Source: Oligoflexus sp.
GTDB taxonomy: Bacteria > Bdellovibrionota_B > Oligoflexia > Oligoflexales > Oligoflexaceae
DNA: 58,667 nt
Assembly (NCBI GenBank): GCA_041737755.1
Contig: JBGSRE010000491.1
Coordinates: 1 to 58,667 of the forward strand
Reading direction: 5' to 3'
The notes under the pieces were generated by a model. It worked only from the letters and a program-made list of their open reading frames with translations, had not been told where the DNA came from and did no database searches. The translations under genes and the position numbers were made by a program. This document shows positions 10,007-17,994 of the stretch, in pieces; positions within the stretch are counted from its first letter, which is position 1, and every line of letters starts with the position of its first letter.

Positions 10007-10894
10007 CTAATTGCTTTTAAGTTGATCCGACCCCAAAAGTGACGGATGTACCGGACCTGGAAATGCCCATTTAGCTTTTGATTGGTTCTGGACGGCCGCC
10101 GCAGCCGTCAGGATCTCTTGAGAACTGCGAGCGCCACGCAGCTTCAAAACTCGATTGGTCTTTGGATGATAGACCGCCAAAACTGGGACTCCACCCGGTT
10201 GATCACCATCTTTAACGTAGGCCGCAATGGTCTCTGGAGTCGCTCGATCCGACCCAGGAAGCCCCGGCCAGTTTACGATCTCACCGTCAGTAACCTGGAG
10301 AGGGTGAACGTTCGGAAATCCAACGAGAGATTGCGCCAGCCGCGCACAATGAGGACAGGTCGGTGAGAAGAGAAAATAGAACTCGATATCATCCAGACCA
10401 GCTCGAGACAGATTAGGAGGATTGCTCTGGGGCTGATTTTTACCAAGAAATCCTGCAGGTGTAGCCGATGCCTGGCTCACCATATTGAACCTATCAACCA
10501 TCAAGCCACCGCCTACCAGCTCCTTTTGAGCCTCCTTAACATACCCAAATAGCTCCTCAAGGTTTTGAGCCTTTGACTCCATCCTGAGCAGCCATAGCTT
10601 TGCGGTTTCTTTCGATGGATTTCTAGCAAACAGTACAAACCCAGCATCGGGCCGATGGTTGCCCTCCATCCAGTATTCTTCAAACGCCCGGTTCAGGAGT
10701 GGGATCCATTCGGAAGGGATTTTTAGATCCTTCGGCAGCTTTATCGCTGAGGCCCCGCGTTTGACTTCATTCATTGAAGGCTGCGGTAGAACCATGGTTG
10801 TAGGCATCGTATTGACTCGACTCTCTTCTGCCCTTAGACGCAATGACAGCAATGTCCCCACCGATATCACTAAAATTAGAACTATTTTGTTCAT
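10007..10894 (-). CDS. Periplasmic thioredoxin-fold protein, TraF/TrbB-like
   Basis: Signal peptide; 'FLFSPTCPHC' CxxC and 'GVP' cis-Pro motif; first gene of the tra operon. Confidence 0.7.
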   Translation of the reverse strand: MNKIVLILVISVGTLLSLRLRAEESRVNTMPTTMVLPQPSMNEVKRGASAIKLPKDLKIPSEWIPLLNRAFEEYWMEGNHRPDAGFVLFARNPSKETAKLWLLRMESKAQNLEELFGYVKEAQKELVGGGLMVDRFNMVSQASATPAGFLGKNQPQSNPPNLSRAGLDDIEFYFLFSPTCPHCARLAQSLVGFPNVHPLQVTDGEIVNWPGLPGSDRATPETIAAYVKDGDQPGGVPVLAVYHPKTNRVLKLRGARSSQEILTAAAAVQNQSKAKWAFPGPVHPSLLGSDQLKSN

Positions 10895-10947
10895 GACCTT
10901 GCTCCTTAACTATCCATGCCGATGATCGGCCCTACACAGTTATCCTT

Positions 10948-10964
10948 CGCAAAAATGAGGCCAA
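10948..10964 (-). promoter_or_regulatory. Putative sigma-54 -24/-12 promoter of the tra operon
   Basis: Minus strand reads TTGGCCTCATTTTTGCG (TGGC-N7-TTGC, GG-N10-GC), about 55 bp before the first tra start codon. Confidence 0.65.
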
Positions 10965-11149
10965 CCGCTTGCAAACTTTTTTTTGATCCCATTTCAGAAT
11001 TGGTCCTAAATTCTTCGTTTCTGCTCTTGGCCTGCTTTTTGCCTGTAATTAATTGGGTTTTAGTGAGTGGCTTTATCTGAAATTTGGCAAAAACCCTGAA
11101 TCTCTCGTGGATTTGAGCATGGTGCTTTGAGTGGCTGGTATGAGCGGTT

Positions 11150-11189
11150 TTCACGGAGTTCCGGACAATGGTTCCCGGGTTTCCGGACA
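11150..11189. promoter_or_regulatory. Paired 18-bp motifs, putative enhancer (UAS) sites
   Basis: TTCACGGAGTTCCGGACA (11150-11167) and TTCCCGGGTTTCCGGACA (11172-11189); the same motif recurs twice at 19842-19891. Confidence 0.55.
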
Positions 11190-11217
11190 AATTCACTGAA
11201 ACCCAGAAAGGATGGCG

Positions 11218-12360
11218 ATGAAACATTTTGAACTTTCGAGGTCACTAGGACCCGATGAGCTCATTCGTAAGAACGACGTTTTTTCGAGTATTTGGCGCGA
11301 CATATTTCAACGGGCGCACCTTGAAAAGACGTCAGATATTCATATCGAAACTTTCTCAAACATGATCAGAGTGAGGATTCGTAAAAATGGCGAACTCATG
11401 GTCGTTAAGGAGTTTACCGAGGCCGAACTTCTCGATCAGTTGATGATCCGCCTCAAGGAAATCTCTGGGCTTGATATCTCAACTCGCGATGAAACACAGG
11501 ATAGCGCCTTCGAACTCAGGTCTTTTGGAAGCCGGTATCGTGCCGCACTTTGCCCTGCGGTTTATGGAGAAACAATCGTCCTGCGAGTCATCCAAGAGAG
11601 CAACCTCCCCAAGTTGGCTGATTGTAGGTTATCGCCCCAGGCTGAAACAGACCTGCGTCACGCTCTCAATCAGGAGAAAGGCTTTATCTGTATCACTGGC
11701 CCTACGGGATCAGGCAAATCAACAACGCTGCAGGCCTGTCTTATGGAGACTGACCGCCTTGCCAAAAAGGTGATCACCCTAGAGGATCCGGTTGAGCGCA
11801 AACTTCCCGATGTGGTTCAGCAGCAAATCAGTTCCAAGCTGACCTGGGCTAAAGGCATCAAGATCGCTATGAGGCAAGATCCAGACATTATACTGGTCGG
11901 TGAAATTCGCGATCCAGAATCTGCAGCACTTGCCCTGCAGGCGGCGCAAACAGGGCATTTAGTGCTGTCTACTCTGCATACTAATGATGTCCCAGGTATA
12001 GTTGATCGGCTCATCGGGCTTGGGGTAGATCGGCATGTTTTAGCCGAAAATCTGCTCTTTATTTCAGCGCAGCGCCTCCTGCCCACTCTATGCCTATCGT
12101 GCAGAATCCAATCCTCGGAGGATCGGTATTCTCGTGGTCCAGGCTGCAGTGTCTGCGACGAACAAGGGCTGCTGGGACGGACAGCAGTTCTTGAATATGC
12201 GATTCATCCAACCCCAGACAGTATTCTGCAATTTTCTCGCGATAGTTTTATTCGATTCCAGCTCAAACAATCGCTTCGGGAAGAAACCCAGAAATTGGTG
12301 CGGGCTGGATTAGTAGATTGGAGCTATCTTGAACGCTACACCGATGATGCAGACGCATAA
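11218..12360 (+). CDS. GspE/PulE/PilB-family secretion ATPase
   Basis: 'SDIHIE', GPTGSGKST, 'TLEDPVE', 'MRQDPDIILVGEIRD', 'TGHLVLSTLHTND' and a tetra-Cys CLSC...CSVC motif. Confidence 0.92.
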   Translation: MKHFELSRSLGPDELIRKNDVFSSIWRDIFQRAHLEKTSDIHIETFSNMIRVRIRKNGELMVVKEFTEAELLDQLMIRLKEISGLDISTRDETQDSAFELRSFGSRYRAALCPAVYGETIVLRVIQESNLPKLADCRLSPQAETDLRHALNQEKGFICITGPTGSGKSTTLQACLMETDRLAKKVITLEDPVERKLPDVVQQQISSKLTWAKGIKIAMRQDPDIILVGEIRDPESAALALQAAQTGHLVLSTLHTNDVPGIVDRLIGLGVDRHVLAENLLFISAQRLLPTLCLSCRIQSSEDRYSRGPGCSVCDEQGLLGRTAVLEYAIHPTPDSILQFSRDSFIRFQLKQSLREETQKLVRAGLVDWSYLERYTDDADA

Positions 12361-12384
12361 AATGCACAAAAAATCAACCAAAAT

Positions 12385-12516
12385 TAAGTCAGACTTAGCC
12401 TCTTATTTATTGCGTCAAAAACTTGACAACAAAACCTTGAGTTGGCGACAATGAATAAGTAATTCGATGATAAGAAATGCGTTTCGCGACGCGGATCATA
12501 ATTTAACTCAGACTTA
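12385..12516. promoter_or_regulatory. parA promoter flanked by two operator-like palindromes
   Basis: TAAGTCAGACTTA (12385-12397) and TAACTCAGACTTA (12504-12516, abutting the RBS) flank TTGACA (12423)-N18-GACAAT. Confidence 0.45.
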
Positions 12517-12527
12517 GGAGGGTTGAA

Positions 12528-13406
12528 GTGAAGAACAGTAAGACAAGTATTCTTGCTATTTCTAACCAAAAGGGCGGCGTTGGTAAAACCACGACGGTTA
12601 TCTCACTTGCTGCAGCATTTGCAAAACTCGGTCATAAAGTCTTGATCGTCGACTTCGACTTTCAAGGGAATGCCTCTGATTGGCTCGGCATCCAGGAAAA
12701 AGCTATCGAAGAAAAAAGAACTGTAACCTATGCAATTCAACGCAATCTCACCATTGGTGACGTAAGACTATCAACATCCAACCCTGATATCGACGTTATA
12801 GCTTCAGACATTTCCCTGAATTGGGAAACACGAAAACTCAATGGTACTTCGCGACAATTCCAGATTCTTAAGCGGATTTTGGACTGCCCCGAGGCAAATG
12901 ACTATAGCATCATCCTCGTTGATACCCACCCCTCCATCGATCCACTATTTGAAAGTGTTATGAGCTTTGCACACTACTATGTCGTGCCAGTTTTTGCCGA
13001 AAAACACCCCTACTCCGGCCTTGAGTTTCTAACGAAATCGATCGAACAAATCAAAGAGGACGTCAATCCTATGCTGCATTTTCTAGGGATTCTAGTCACT
13101 CGCATGAACAAAGACAACGCGACCCACAAACGCTTTGAAGCAAAAATGCGAGAACTAGAGGAGTCCACAAAAATTCCTGTCCTTAAGACTGTCATTCCAA
13201 GTTCTGAGGCTATTCCTGGCGCTTCGGCTGCACAACAGTCCATTCTTGAATATAATCCTCAATTACCAGTTTCTTCTGCGTATATGGAGTTGGCCAAAGA
13301 GCTTATTCCACTCCTTAAGGGGAAAAGAACAGGTCGACCTCAAAAATCGCCTCAAGTGGAACGTGTGACCCCGTACAAAGAGTTTTTTAAAGATGCTTCG
13401 TTTTAA
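12528..13406 (+). CDS. parA: ParA-family partition ATPase
   Basis: Deviant Walker A NQKGGVGKTT, 'DFDFQGNAS', 'ILVDTHP'. Confidence 0.95.
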   Translation: MKNSKTSILAISNQKGGVGKTTTVISLAAAFAKLGHKVLIVDFDFQGNASDWLGIQEKAIEEKRTVTYAIQRNLTIGDVRLSTSNPDIDVIASDISLNWETRKLNGTSRQFQILKRILDCPEANDYSIILVDTHPSIDPLFESVMSFAHYYVVPVFAEKHPYSGLEFLTKSIEQIKEDVNPMLHFLGILVTRMNKDNATHKRFEAKMRELEESTKIPVLKTVIPSSEAIPGASAAQQSILEYNPQLPVSSAYMELAKELIPLLKGKRTGRPQKSPQVERVTPYKEFFKDASF

Positions 13407-13442
13407 GAACCAAATAACAACTAACAGGAGGACAAATCCACG

Positions 13443-14402
13443 ATGAAGAGCAATAAAGATATAAAGCCGGGAAATGTTCGATCACGCCCAAATATTGCGG
13501 ATAGTATTGATGCCACAGCTGTGCGAATTGCTGCAAGTTTGAATAAGCAGAACGAAAATCAAGAGTGGGATCAAGAACGGATTGAAAAATTAAAGAGCTG
13601 TGATGGCAAGGTTGGCGAAATTCCTATCAGCATGATCAAAACCAACCAGAACATTAGAAAACGAATTGATGAGAATGATCCTGCTTTCATCGCTCTCGTT
13701 GAGTCTATTCGCACCCATGGGATACTTCAGCCCCCTATCGTTACAGTAGTTACCAATGAGAACGAAACTTCGTCAATCCTCCTAGTTGGTGGCGAGCGAC
13801 GACTTAGAGCAGCACTAGCCGCCGGACATACCGCGCTCAACTGTATGGTGCGGATTTTTGATAATCAATCAACTCGCCTCACAGCTTCTGTCGCAGAAAA
13901 CATGAATCGCAGGGATCTCGAATGTCTTGATATCGGTCAATGCTTTTTGTCCCTCAGTGAACAAGGCTATAAGTATTCAGAGATCGAGAGACTCTTCAAT
14001 CGTGACGAAAGAACCATCGGTCGATACATCAAAATTGCCAAATGGCCTGAATCTGTCCAAGAAGCGATTCGCAATCACGAAGAGAAGTTCTCGACTCGAT
14101 ACCTCTTTTCCTTGGCATCAAGAAAAATATCTGATGCGGATCTTGAAAGCGAAATAAATGCAAAAATCAGCGGCGAAAAGACAAATGAGCCCAAAGGGAA
14201 CAATGGCAAGCAATCATCTCAGGCAAAACGTATCTCACGCTACTTTGAGAACAAAAATCTTGGGCAATATGAGCAAGATCTGATCTACGGCGCTCTAGTC
14301 GAGCTTGGGTTCCTCAGTCCGGAGGCAGTTCAAGGCATCCCGTCGAGGCCTATCAAGGGTGCATCTGCCGAAAAGGCCGCGGAGGTGGTTGATGTTCTCT
14401 AG
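13443..14402 (+). CDS. parB: ParB/RepB/Spo0J partition protein
   Basis: 'SIRTHGILQPPIV', 'GGERRLRA', 'AENMNRRDL' and an HTH. Confidence 0.93.
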   Translation: MKSNKDIKPGNVRSRPNIADSIDATAVRIAASLNKQNENQEWDQERIEKLKSCDGKVGEIPISMIKTNQNIRKRIDENDPAFIALVESIRTHGILQPPIVTVVTNENETSSILLVGGERRLRAALAAGHTALNCMVRIFDNQSTRLTASVAENMNRRDLECLDIGQCFLSLSEQGYKYSEIERLFNRDERTIGRYIKIAKWPESVQEAIRNHEEKFSTRYLFSLASRKISDADLESEINAKISGEKTNEPKGNNGKQSSQAKRISRYFENKNLGQYEQDLIYGALVELGFLSPEAVQGIPSRPIKGASAEKAAEVVDVL

Positions 14403-14417
14403 TCACTTCGCAGGAGT

Positions 14418-14589
14418 GGACACGCGTGTCCCCTTTTATAGGCAGGTAGGAGCTACCCTTGACCGGACACGCGTGTCCGGTTGTAGATTGTTAAAATTGA
14501 CTTGGTTTACGAGTTCTACCGGACACGCGTGTCCGGTCCTGTGCTGTCGCTCTTATCAATAGGTTTAAAAGAGGACACACGTGTCCGGT
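14418..14589. repeat. Four palindromic parS-like sites (ACC)GGACACGCGTGTCC(GGT)
   Basis: Copies at 14418-14431, 14462-14481, 14518-14537 and 14573-14589 (the last has one mismatch), immediately after parB. Confidence 0.8.
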
Positions 14590-14604
14590 AGAGGAGAGGC
14601 AAAA

Positions 14605-16236
14605 GTGGAAATAGAAGTGCCATCATCTGAGAATGAATATATTAAAGATCAGGACCAACCTTGTCGCTATTGCCTGGACGAGGGGATTGTGCTTTCCACG
14701 GCTGAACGACATGTGACTGCCACTCATTGTTCCTCTTGCAGCACTAGTTGGGATATCCGAAAAGAACGAGAGAGCTCTGCCGAAATTATTAACCATGCTC
14801 AAATACCAAGCGGATTTTTCCAAGCAAAAACGGCTTCGGAAATTCCTTCTTTTGTAGAAGAGTGGTTTTCCAAACTCACCTCGACTTCTAAAAAAGCAGA
14901 TCAATCCCTTTACCTTTGTGGTCCATCAGGATCAGGAAAAACCTTCGCGGCTATAGCTTTAATGTTTCGCTTTGCAAAGCGGGGACAGCTCGTTCGCTAT
15001 ATTGATTGCTCTGAATATTTGATGGACCGGCGCGCAAGTTATAGCACAAAACATATTGGTGGCATGGGTGATGCATTTGCAAAGAAAACCGAAAACGATC
15101 GGTGGTCTATCGCTCGATACGATGTCGTAGTATTGGACAACATTGGCGTTGGCACATCCAATGATTGGACCAAAGAGCAATATGACCACTTAATAGATAC
15201 TCGCCAGACATCAGGCAAACCAACCATTTACATTTCTAACTATGCCGACGATCTTCAATTCACAATTGAGGGCAAAAAGTTGACCGGCCTTATAGGCCAA
15301 AGAGCAGCGAATCGCATCAATCAATCAGCTATGCTTTATTTGAAGGAGCGCACAGCGGCATCATCCATTCCACCTGCAGCACTATTTGAACCTGTAAAGC
15401 CGCCTCGTACCCTAGCCACGAATGAGACCACTTTTCTTCATATTTGGGCAAGGGAAGGGTTATTCAGCATGGTCTCCAAAAAGGAACGATCAACCCTAAC
15501 CGCTAAGTCAAAGGTCAATCCTAGAGAGGTGATTGAACTGCCTTTCCCCAAACCGCGCGAATATATCAGTTGGTCGGGTTTCCATGTGGTTTTGCAGGGA
15601 CCAGTGGTCGATTATGAGGATGCGAATGTCTTAGCTGCACTCATGCGAATCTACCATGATATCGGTAGCTGCGGCACAGTATGCACCTCGTTAGGCAATA
15701 TCCTGAGAGAGCTCGGATTAGATACCCACTCTGGTGCCAAACAAAAGCAGCTAAAACGATCTATAGTCCGACTCGCCGAATCGAGAATCACTATTAGAAC
15801 GATCCCCCAAGACTCCAAAGTTAAGTCTGAAGAAATGATGTGGATCGGGGGCTTTCTTGAAAATGTCATTTATGAAGGCAGCACCAAAAGTCGTAAGGTC
15901 ACTATAAAATTTAATGACGCCATGGCTCCCTTTTACCAAAAAAAGCTACTCGTATTGTTGCCTCTAGATACCCTGACCAGCCTCTCCCCCTATGCTCAAG
16001 GTATTTATCGCTTCCTGCTGGGGCACCGCGATAGCTACAAGTTCATCAGTTTGGCTCGCTGGCGAGAAATTCTAGCCATTAACCCCAACGTACAGGAAAA
16101 AAGCTTTAAAGACTGTATGCGACTGGCCATCAAAGAACTTGTTACCCGTAACCTGCTAACGGAACACTCAAATATTGATGCTAATGGCATTTTTCATTCC
16201 TACATCGTTCGTTCCGTCCCAGAGCAAGCCCATTAG
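14605..16236 (+). CDS. Replication initiator: Zn-finger + DnaC/IstB-like AAA+ ATPase fused to a TrfA-like Rep domain
   Basis: CRYC..CSSC; GPSGSGKT; 'VVVLDNIG...DWTKEQYDHLIDTR...KPTIYISN'. The C-half 'GPVVDYEDANVLAALM...SLGNILRELG...LKRSIVRL' is TrfA-like. Adjacent to iterons. GTG 14605 follows RBS GAGGAG. Confidence 0.72.
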   Translation: MEIEVPSSENEYIKDQDQPCRYCLDEGIVLSTAERHVTATHCSSCSTSWDIRKERESSAEIINHAQIPSGFFQAKTASEIPSFVEEWFSKLTSTSKKADQSLYLCGPSGSGKTFAAIALMFRFAKRGQLVRYIDCSEYLMDRRASYSTKHIGGMGDAFAKKTENDRWSIARYDVVVLDNIGVGTSNDWTKEQYDHLIDTRQTSGKPTIYISNYADDLQFTIEGKKLTGLIGQRAANRINQSAMLYLKERTAASSIPPAALFEPVKPPRTLATNETTFLHIWAREGLFSMVSKKERSTLTAKSKVNPREVIELPFPKPREYISWSGFHVVLQGPVVDYEDANVLAALMRIYHDIGSCGTVCTSLGNILRELGLDTHSGAKQKQLKRSIVRLAESRITIRTIPQDSKVKSEEMMWIGGFLENVIYEGSTKSRKVTIKFNDAMAPFYQKKLLVLLPLDTLTSLSPYAQGIYRFLLGHRDSYKFISLARWREILAINPNVQEKSFKDCMRLAIKELVTRNLLTEHSNIDANGIFHSYIVRSVPEQAH

Positions 16237-16260
16237 CTTCCGATCCTCCACATGATAGGC

Positions 16261-16612
16261 ATTTCGTCTTTTCACCCGCTCTATCTTCAAGATTGAAGAA
16301 CTCAAACCTTTTTCTGAAAATTTTGAGTTAAAATTCATAGATTTGACTGCTCCTCTCCAGCAAGGAACTGAAGCGATCCCTATTGCGTTGCTGCTGTTCC
16401 GAAAGATAACTGCCAAAATGATTTCGTCTTTTCACCCGCTGATTTCGTCTTTTCACCCGCTGATTTCGTCTTTTCACCCGCTGATTTCGTCTTTTCACCC
16501 GCTGATTTCGTCTTTTCACCCGCTTGATTTCGTCTTTTCACCCGCTTGATTTCGTCTTTTCACCCGCTTGATTTCGTCTTTTCACCCGCTTGATTTCGTC
16601 TTTTCACCCGCT
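16261..16612 (+). repeat. Iteron array (oriV), unit ATTTCGTCTTTTCACCCGCT
   Basis: One isolated copy at 16261-16280 and nine tandem identical copies at 16421-16612 (21-bp then 22-bp period), directly after the rep gene. Confidence 0.9.
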
Positions 16613-16635
16613 CGTTCTCAGGACAAAACAACGAG

Positions 16636-16644
16636 TTATCCACA
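16636..16644 (+). promoter_or_regulatory. DnaA box
   Basis: Perfect TTATCCACA 23 bp after the last iteron; a one-mismatch inverted box lies at 16802-16810. Confidence 0.8.
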
Positions 16645-16724
16645 CGTACCATCAAGTTACATACCTGATTTGTTTGTGATATATGGTTGCGCCTATTTTT
16701 TGGGCTCTACGGTAAAACGGGTCT

Positions 16725-16759
16725 AGAGAGGTTATAGAGAGATTAAAAGAGAGATTAAA
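16725..16759. repeat. Three 11-12-bp A-rich repeats, putative DNA-unwinding element
   Basis: AGAGAGGTTAT AGAGAGATTAAA AGAGAGATTAAA, downstream of the iterons and DnaA box. Confidence 0.5.
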
Positions 16760-16804
16760 AGATACCCCTATAGAGCTCAATCAGCGGCAAGATAGGGGAT
16801 TTGT

Positions 16805-16865
16805 GGATATATATTTATCCATCTTGACATCAGATCACCATCTCTTTATGGATACACATGTATCC
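16805..16865. promoter_or_regulatory. Two GGATA-N6-TATCC operators around a TTGACA -35 box
   Basis: GGATATATATTTATCC (16805-16820), TTGACA (16824-16829) and GGATACACATGTATCC (16850-16865), upstream of the 94-aa ORF. Confidence 0.5.
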
Positions 16866-16891
16866 GCGTTCGTTCCCTTGATGGAGTCGCA

Positions 16892-17176
16892 ATGTCATAT
16901 TATTCATCGTACACCAAGTTTCATGTCACCATTGGCGTCGAAGCAACAGCTCGTCGCACGACAGTCTCCATCGAGACCTATCTTGCTGAAGCACTAGCAC
17001 TCAAACTTGGAAAGCAGCCTCAGACACCAGAAGCTCATGCTGCAGTCAGGAAATGGCTCCAGGAGCAGCAGGATAAAGAAGGCGCCACTCTACAGCCATA
17101 CCTGATCAAGAGAGCTTTAGTTTTGGAAATTATGGCTCCAGATATATCCAAATCTTGGTGGAACAGCCGGCAGTAG
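16892..17176 (+). CDS. Small putative RHH-type regulator
   Basis: RBS GGAG; 'RRTTVSIETYLAEALA' beta-helix pattern; operator pair upstream. Confidence 0.5.
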   Translation: MSYYSSYTKFHVTIGVEATARRTTVSIETYLAEALALKLGKQPQTPEAHAAVRKWLQEQQDKEGATLQPYLIKRALVLEIMAPDISKSWWNSRQ

Positions 17177-17266
17177 GGATAGACAACCTACGCTGAAGCT
17201 CCAAATAGAACGCGATTGTGTAGCTTCTTTGACGTAGAAAAACACCTGAAAAAAATGGAGGCACAT

Positions 17267-17989
17267 GTGGTCGACTTAACAGTTAATCCATCAAATATCG
17301 CTAAAGCAGCTACTGAGTTCCTCTCATCCCTCAAGGTTGCGGCTAAAACGAAGCGGCAATATGAGGATGTCCTTTGGCTCTTGATCGAGAGTTTGAAAGG
17401 AGATGGATCTAGCTGCATCGAGCTACCGGATGGCGCCTATGTCCTCAATGACAACTGGGACGCGTTTTATGGCGGAGCCATCACAGGATTTATTGATTGG
17501 TTTCTACCGCGCAAAGTCATGATGTCAGAAGACGATATGAAAAGAGTACCGGGGATCCTTCGCAAATTCATTCAGTGGAGCTTCGACCACAATTTTTTCG
17601 ACAAAAAACATTACGACGGGTATATGGATAGCCTACCCAAATCAAAGTCTAGTGAAGTCAAACGTCTTCGTGACTTGGAAAAACTACTGTATCACCTTCA
17701 CAGTCCAAACCCTGGAGCATGGGCTCGCGGAGAACTGGACAAAGTTCAATCGATAGCTCAAAAACGTCAACCAGAGGAAGTAGCCGAAGGGTACATGGTT
17801 TTTGTCCAGTCTGAAAATGAAAGAGGATTCTTCAAGTTGGGCAAGAAAAAACTTGGCCCGGTGCTTTTGACCAACGAAATCGCTTCCAAGCTCAAAAGCG
17901 GCGACATTGCCAATTTAACAATAGGTCGGTACGGAAAAATTTGGATGGTACTCGAAACCGGCAATGTTTATCCAGAAGGTACAATGTAA
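17267..17989 (+). CDS. Hypothetical protein with an integrase core-binding/SAM-like helical N-terminus
   Basis: GTG after GGAGG; 'EFLSSLKVAAKTKRQY', 'FIDWFLPRKV...LRKFIQW'; no catalytic recombinase motif visible. Confidence 0.55.
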   Translation: MVDLTVNPSNIAKAATEFLSSLKVAAKTKRQYEDVLWLLIESLKGDGSSCIELPDGAYVLNDNWDAFYGGAITGFIDWFLPRKVMMSEDDMKRVPGILRKFIQWSFDHNFFDKKHYDGYMDSLPKSKSSEVKRLRDLEKLLYHLHSPNPGAWARGELDKVQSIAQKRQPEEVAEGYMVFVQSENERGFFKLGKKKLGPVLLTNEIASKLKSGDIANLTIGRYGKIWMVLETGNVYPEGTM

Positions 17990-17994
17990 GCATC

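Noticed and set aside
10906-11245. Small minus-strand ORFs in the tra/gspE intergenic region
   Set aside because: They have no recognisable motifs and overlie the promoter and upstream sites.
14418-14589. Palindromes with variable spacers as a mini-CRISPR
   Set aside because: The repeats are short perfect dyads with irregular spacing directly after parB, and there is no cas operon; parS-like is the simpler reading.
14605-15350. IstB-like domain as part of an IS21 element
   Set aside because: There is no IstA transposase or terminal IR, and the domain is in frame with a Rep-like domain.
16328-16549. ORFs with repeating peptides (KRRNQRV / ISSFHPL)
   Set aside because: They are translations of the 21-bp iterons.
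16421-16612. Tandem repeats as a CRISPR array
   Set aside because: There are no unique spacers (linkers are 1-2 bp) and no cas genes; the position beside rep and a DnaA box fits iterons.
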